This document shows, piece after piece, positions 20,541-23,548 of a DNA stretch of 23,548 nt. The stretch is from Octopus sinensis. Lineage: Eukaryota. Location of the stretch: assembly GCF_006345805.1 (NCBI RefSeq), contig NW_021836561.1, positions 1 through 23,548 on the forward strand, written 5' to 3'. The first letter of the stretch is position 1; every line of letters starts with the position of its first letter. A program made the translations under genes and the position numbers. The notes below the pieces were generated by a model, which did no database searches, was not told the origin of the DNA, and saw nothing but the letters and a program-made list of their open reading frames with translations.

Positions 20541-20849
20541 ACCGCTAAACACCACTGTGCACCACCGTTGCACACACACACACTCACACACACAGCATAG
20601 CACCGCAAGCGGCACCCTCACCCTATACCAGTGAGCGTCTATGATATATAAGAAGAGCAAGCAGTCCTAGCAACAGGTAATACCGTCGTCGTCAGCTCAC
20701 ATAGTGCAGCACACATTATCATCAGTTGGACAAGGTTAAGCTGACCCAAGTCACTCAGCCATCTTTTCGAAATTATTACACTCGCTCAGACACACACAGA
20801 CACACGCTTTTAAGTCCTCGTTATTAATGATCGAACTATATACATCGCC

Positions 20850-21508
20850 CTCGCTTTCTTTCTCTCTCCTTCTCTCTCACTCTCTCTCTCTCTCTCTGAA
20901 GGTCTCTCGCTTTTTCGATATCGAACTGTATGTCTCTCTTTTCTTTCTCTTTCCCCCACCACCTCTCTGTCGATCTGTCTGTCTCTGTCTCTCTCTCTCT
21001 CTCTCTGTCTGACTGGCTCTTTAAGTCTGTGAGTCTCTCCACTCTTTCTGATCAGCGCTCTTTCTATCTGTCTGTCTGTCTATCTCTCTTTGTCTCTCTT
21101 TCTTCATCTCTCTCTCTCTCTTTCTTCCCCGCTCTCTCTCTCTTCCCCTCTCTCTCTCTTTCTTCTCTCTCTCTCTCTCTTTCTCCCTCTCTCTTTCTTC
21201 CTCTCTCTCTTTCTTCCTCTCTCTCTCTTTCTTCCTCTCTCTCTCTTTCTTCCTCTCTCTCTTTTCATCTATCTTTCTTGTCTGAGTATGTATCTTTCTC
21301 TGTCTTCCTCTCTCTTTCTACCCCTCTCTCTCCCTCCTTCCTTCTGTCTTTCTTTTTATGTCTGTGTGTGTCTCTCTTTTTCTATGTCTATCTCTCTCTA
21401 TCTCTCCCTTTTACTACCCATCTCTCTTTCTCTGTCTACCTCTATCTTTCTCTATGTCCGTCTATCTCTTTTTCTATGTCTGTCTCTCTCTATATATATA
21501 TATCTCTT

Positions 21509-21541
<33 letters not shown>

Positions 21542-21616
21542 ACGTCTGTCCCCTGTCTGCAACTCTCTCTCTCACTCTCTTTCTGCTTATGTCTCATGCA
21601 CAGACATTGACAAACA

Positions 21617-21662
<46 letters not shown>

Positions 21663-21683
21663 TCTCTGTCCTTTTCTTAGTCA

Positions 21684-21715
<32 letters not shown>

Positions 21716-21850
21716 TTCTCTGCCTCTCTTTTCCATTCTCCCTCTCACTCTATTCCCTCCTTCCTCTCTGTCTTTCTGTTGTCTTTTTCCTCTTTTCCTC
21801 AAACAGACACTACGCAGTCTTTAACTTTCTCTATTCTCTCTCTCTCTACA

Positions 21851-21890
<40 letters not shown>

Positions 21891-22562
21891 CATATATAAA
21901 ACGTTTCCCGTCTTCCCTCACGCACACAGCACATATATACTTTTCGTCTCTCTCTATCTCTCCTTCTCTTCATCCCTCTCTCTCTTCGTCTCTCTATCTC
22001 TCTCTCCTCTCTTAATCTCTCTCTCACCCTGTCTTCATCTTTCTCTCCCTCTCTTCATCTCTCTCTCTCTCTCTCTTCGTCTCTCTATCTCTCTTTCTCT
22101 TCGTCTCTCTATCTCTCTTTCTCTTCATCTCTCTCTCCTCTCTTCATCTCTCTCTCACCCTCTCTTCATCTTTCTCTCCCTCTCTTCATCTCTCTACATC
22201 TCCCTCTCTTTATCTCTCTACCTCTCCCTCTCATCATCTTTCTCTCCCTCTCTTCATCTCTCTCTCTCTCTCTTCGTCTCTCTATCTCTCCTTCTCTTCA
22301 TCTCTCTCTCCTCTCTTCATCTCTCTCTCACCCTCTCTTCATCTTTCTCTCCCTCTCTTCATCTCTCTCCCTCTCCCTCTCTTCATCTCTCTATCTCTTC
22401 GTCTCTCTATCTCTGTCTCTCTTCGTTCCTCTCTCTTTCTTGCCGTTATTTCTTTTTTTCTTTTTCTCATACAGATATTACATACGTTGTCCGTCTTTTA
22501 GATCTCTCTCTATCTCCGTCTCTCACTCTGTCTCTCTCTCTGTCTCTCTCTCTCTCTCTTTT
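20850..22562. repeat. Long polypyrimidine (CT)n-rich low-complexity region with embedded (CA)n
   Basis: Directly visible; it produces the Leu/Ser pseudo-ORFs, including the 411-aa one. Confidence 0.93.
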
Positions 22563-22566
22563 AATA

Positions 22567-22878
22567 CAGGCACATTCATGGCTGTGTGGATAAGAGGCTC
22601 GCTTTGCAGCCATGCGGTTCCGGGTTCAGTCCTAGCGCGCGACACCTCGGGCGAGTGTTTTCCAGTAAGCCCAGACCGACCAAAGCCTTGTCAGTAAATC
22701 TGATAGACGGAAACTGCGTGGAAACCCGTTGTATCTCTCTCTCTCTGTATATGTGTGTGTGTGTGAGTGTGTCTATGTGTTTGTGTCCTCCACCATCAGT
22801 TGACAACCGGTGGTGCTTTGTTTACAACCCGTATCTTAACAGCACAAGAACTGGCAGAATAAGTCCCAATTTATATAT

Positions 22879-22937
<59 letters not shown>

Positions 22938-22938
22938 T

Positions 22939-23017
<79 letters not shown>

Positions 23018-23100
23018 CTTTGGGGTGGTTATGTTCGGCTGAAACCCGTGAACGTAGTGCCCCACCATGGCCCCAATTCAATGACTAAAACAAGTGAAAA
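22567..23100 (+). mobile_element. tRNA-derived CORE-type SINE interrupted by a (TA)n expansion (22872-23015)
   Basis: A-box-like TGGCTGTGTGG, B-box GGTTCAGTCC, then CORE-like ACACCTCGGGCGAGTGT; the 3' part matches the fragment at 16696-16812. Confidence 0.7.
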
Positions 23101-23123
23101 GAAGAATGATTAATACATATAAC

Positions 23124-23146
23124 TTTTCTTTCTTTCTTTCTTTCCT

Positions 23147-23193
<47 letters not shown>

Positions 23194-23548
23194 CTTTCTT
23201 CTCTCCTCACTCCCATACAACCTCTCTATACCTCTCCCCCTATCTCTTACCCTATCACTCAACTTCTTCTTTCTAATCCATTAGTCCCCCCCCTTCATTT
23301 CGATTCTACGTCTGCACATTTTGTATTCATTCACCCCCCTCTCTCTCTCTCTCCACAAGTACCTTCCCAATGTCTCTCATTCTCTCTTCCTCTTTCCAAC
23401 TCTTTCTCTCGTTTCAAATCCATAAAAATTCTTCTTTTAGTCTCCATCAATCCAACATTCTCGTCTCTCAATCCAACACCTCTCTCTCTCTCTCTTCCTC
23501 GTTTCTCTCTCGTCTCTCTTTCTCTCTTTCTCTTCATCTCTCTATCTC
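23124..23548. repeat. (TTTC)n and CT-rich low-complexity sequence
   Basis: Directly visible. Confidence 0.9.

Noticed and set aside
20700-20735. Minus-strand CTGATGA as a hammerhead or C/D box
   Set aside because: No supporting stems or partner motifs.
20930-22593. Long Leu/Ser-rich ORFs (226, 196 and 411 aa)
   Set aside because: Stop-poor translations of (CT)n low-complexity DNA.

Overview
Repeat-dense, AT-rich eukaryotic DNA with no supportable host protein-coding gene. The microsatellite load and SINE families resemble an octopus/cephalopod genome (inference from recognition, not a search). Bases 1112-16176 are a nest of Penelope-like retroelements (PLEs: RT plus C-terminal GIY-YIG endonuclease, Naiad-like motifs) whose 3' ends sit in (TA)n tracts. 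Family A (1112-2940) is 5'-truncated, has an inverted 5' pLTR and carries one intact type I hammerhead ribozyme (HHR). Family B forms a 13-kb composite (3036-16041): a minus-strand near-unit copy, an internally deleted plus-strand copy, and a full-length plus-strand copy, each with an HHR. Two points stand out. (1) Family B's ~2.9-kb 3' region holds a ~700-nt rod-like RNA fold, including a 28-bp mismatch-free helix with 6 G-U wobbles, plus two further G/U-rich paralogous arms that can pair with the same C/A-rich arm. (2) The inverted copy is a circularly permuted unit that is 32 nt short of one full lap, as expected from a circular or tandem RNA template. The rest of the window is tRNA-derived SINEs chained in (AAT)n, a 5/20/85-bp hierarchical minisatellite and simple repeats. 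Most ORFs in the supplied track are microsatellite artefacts.
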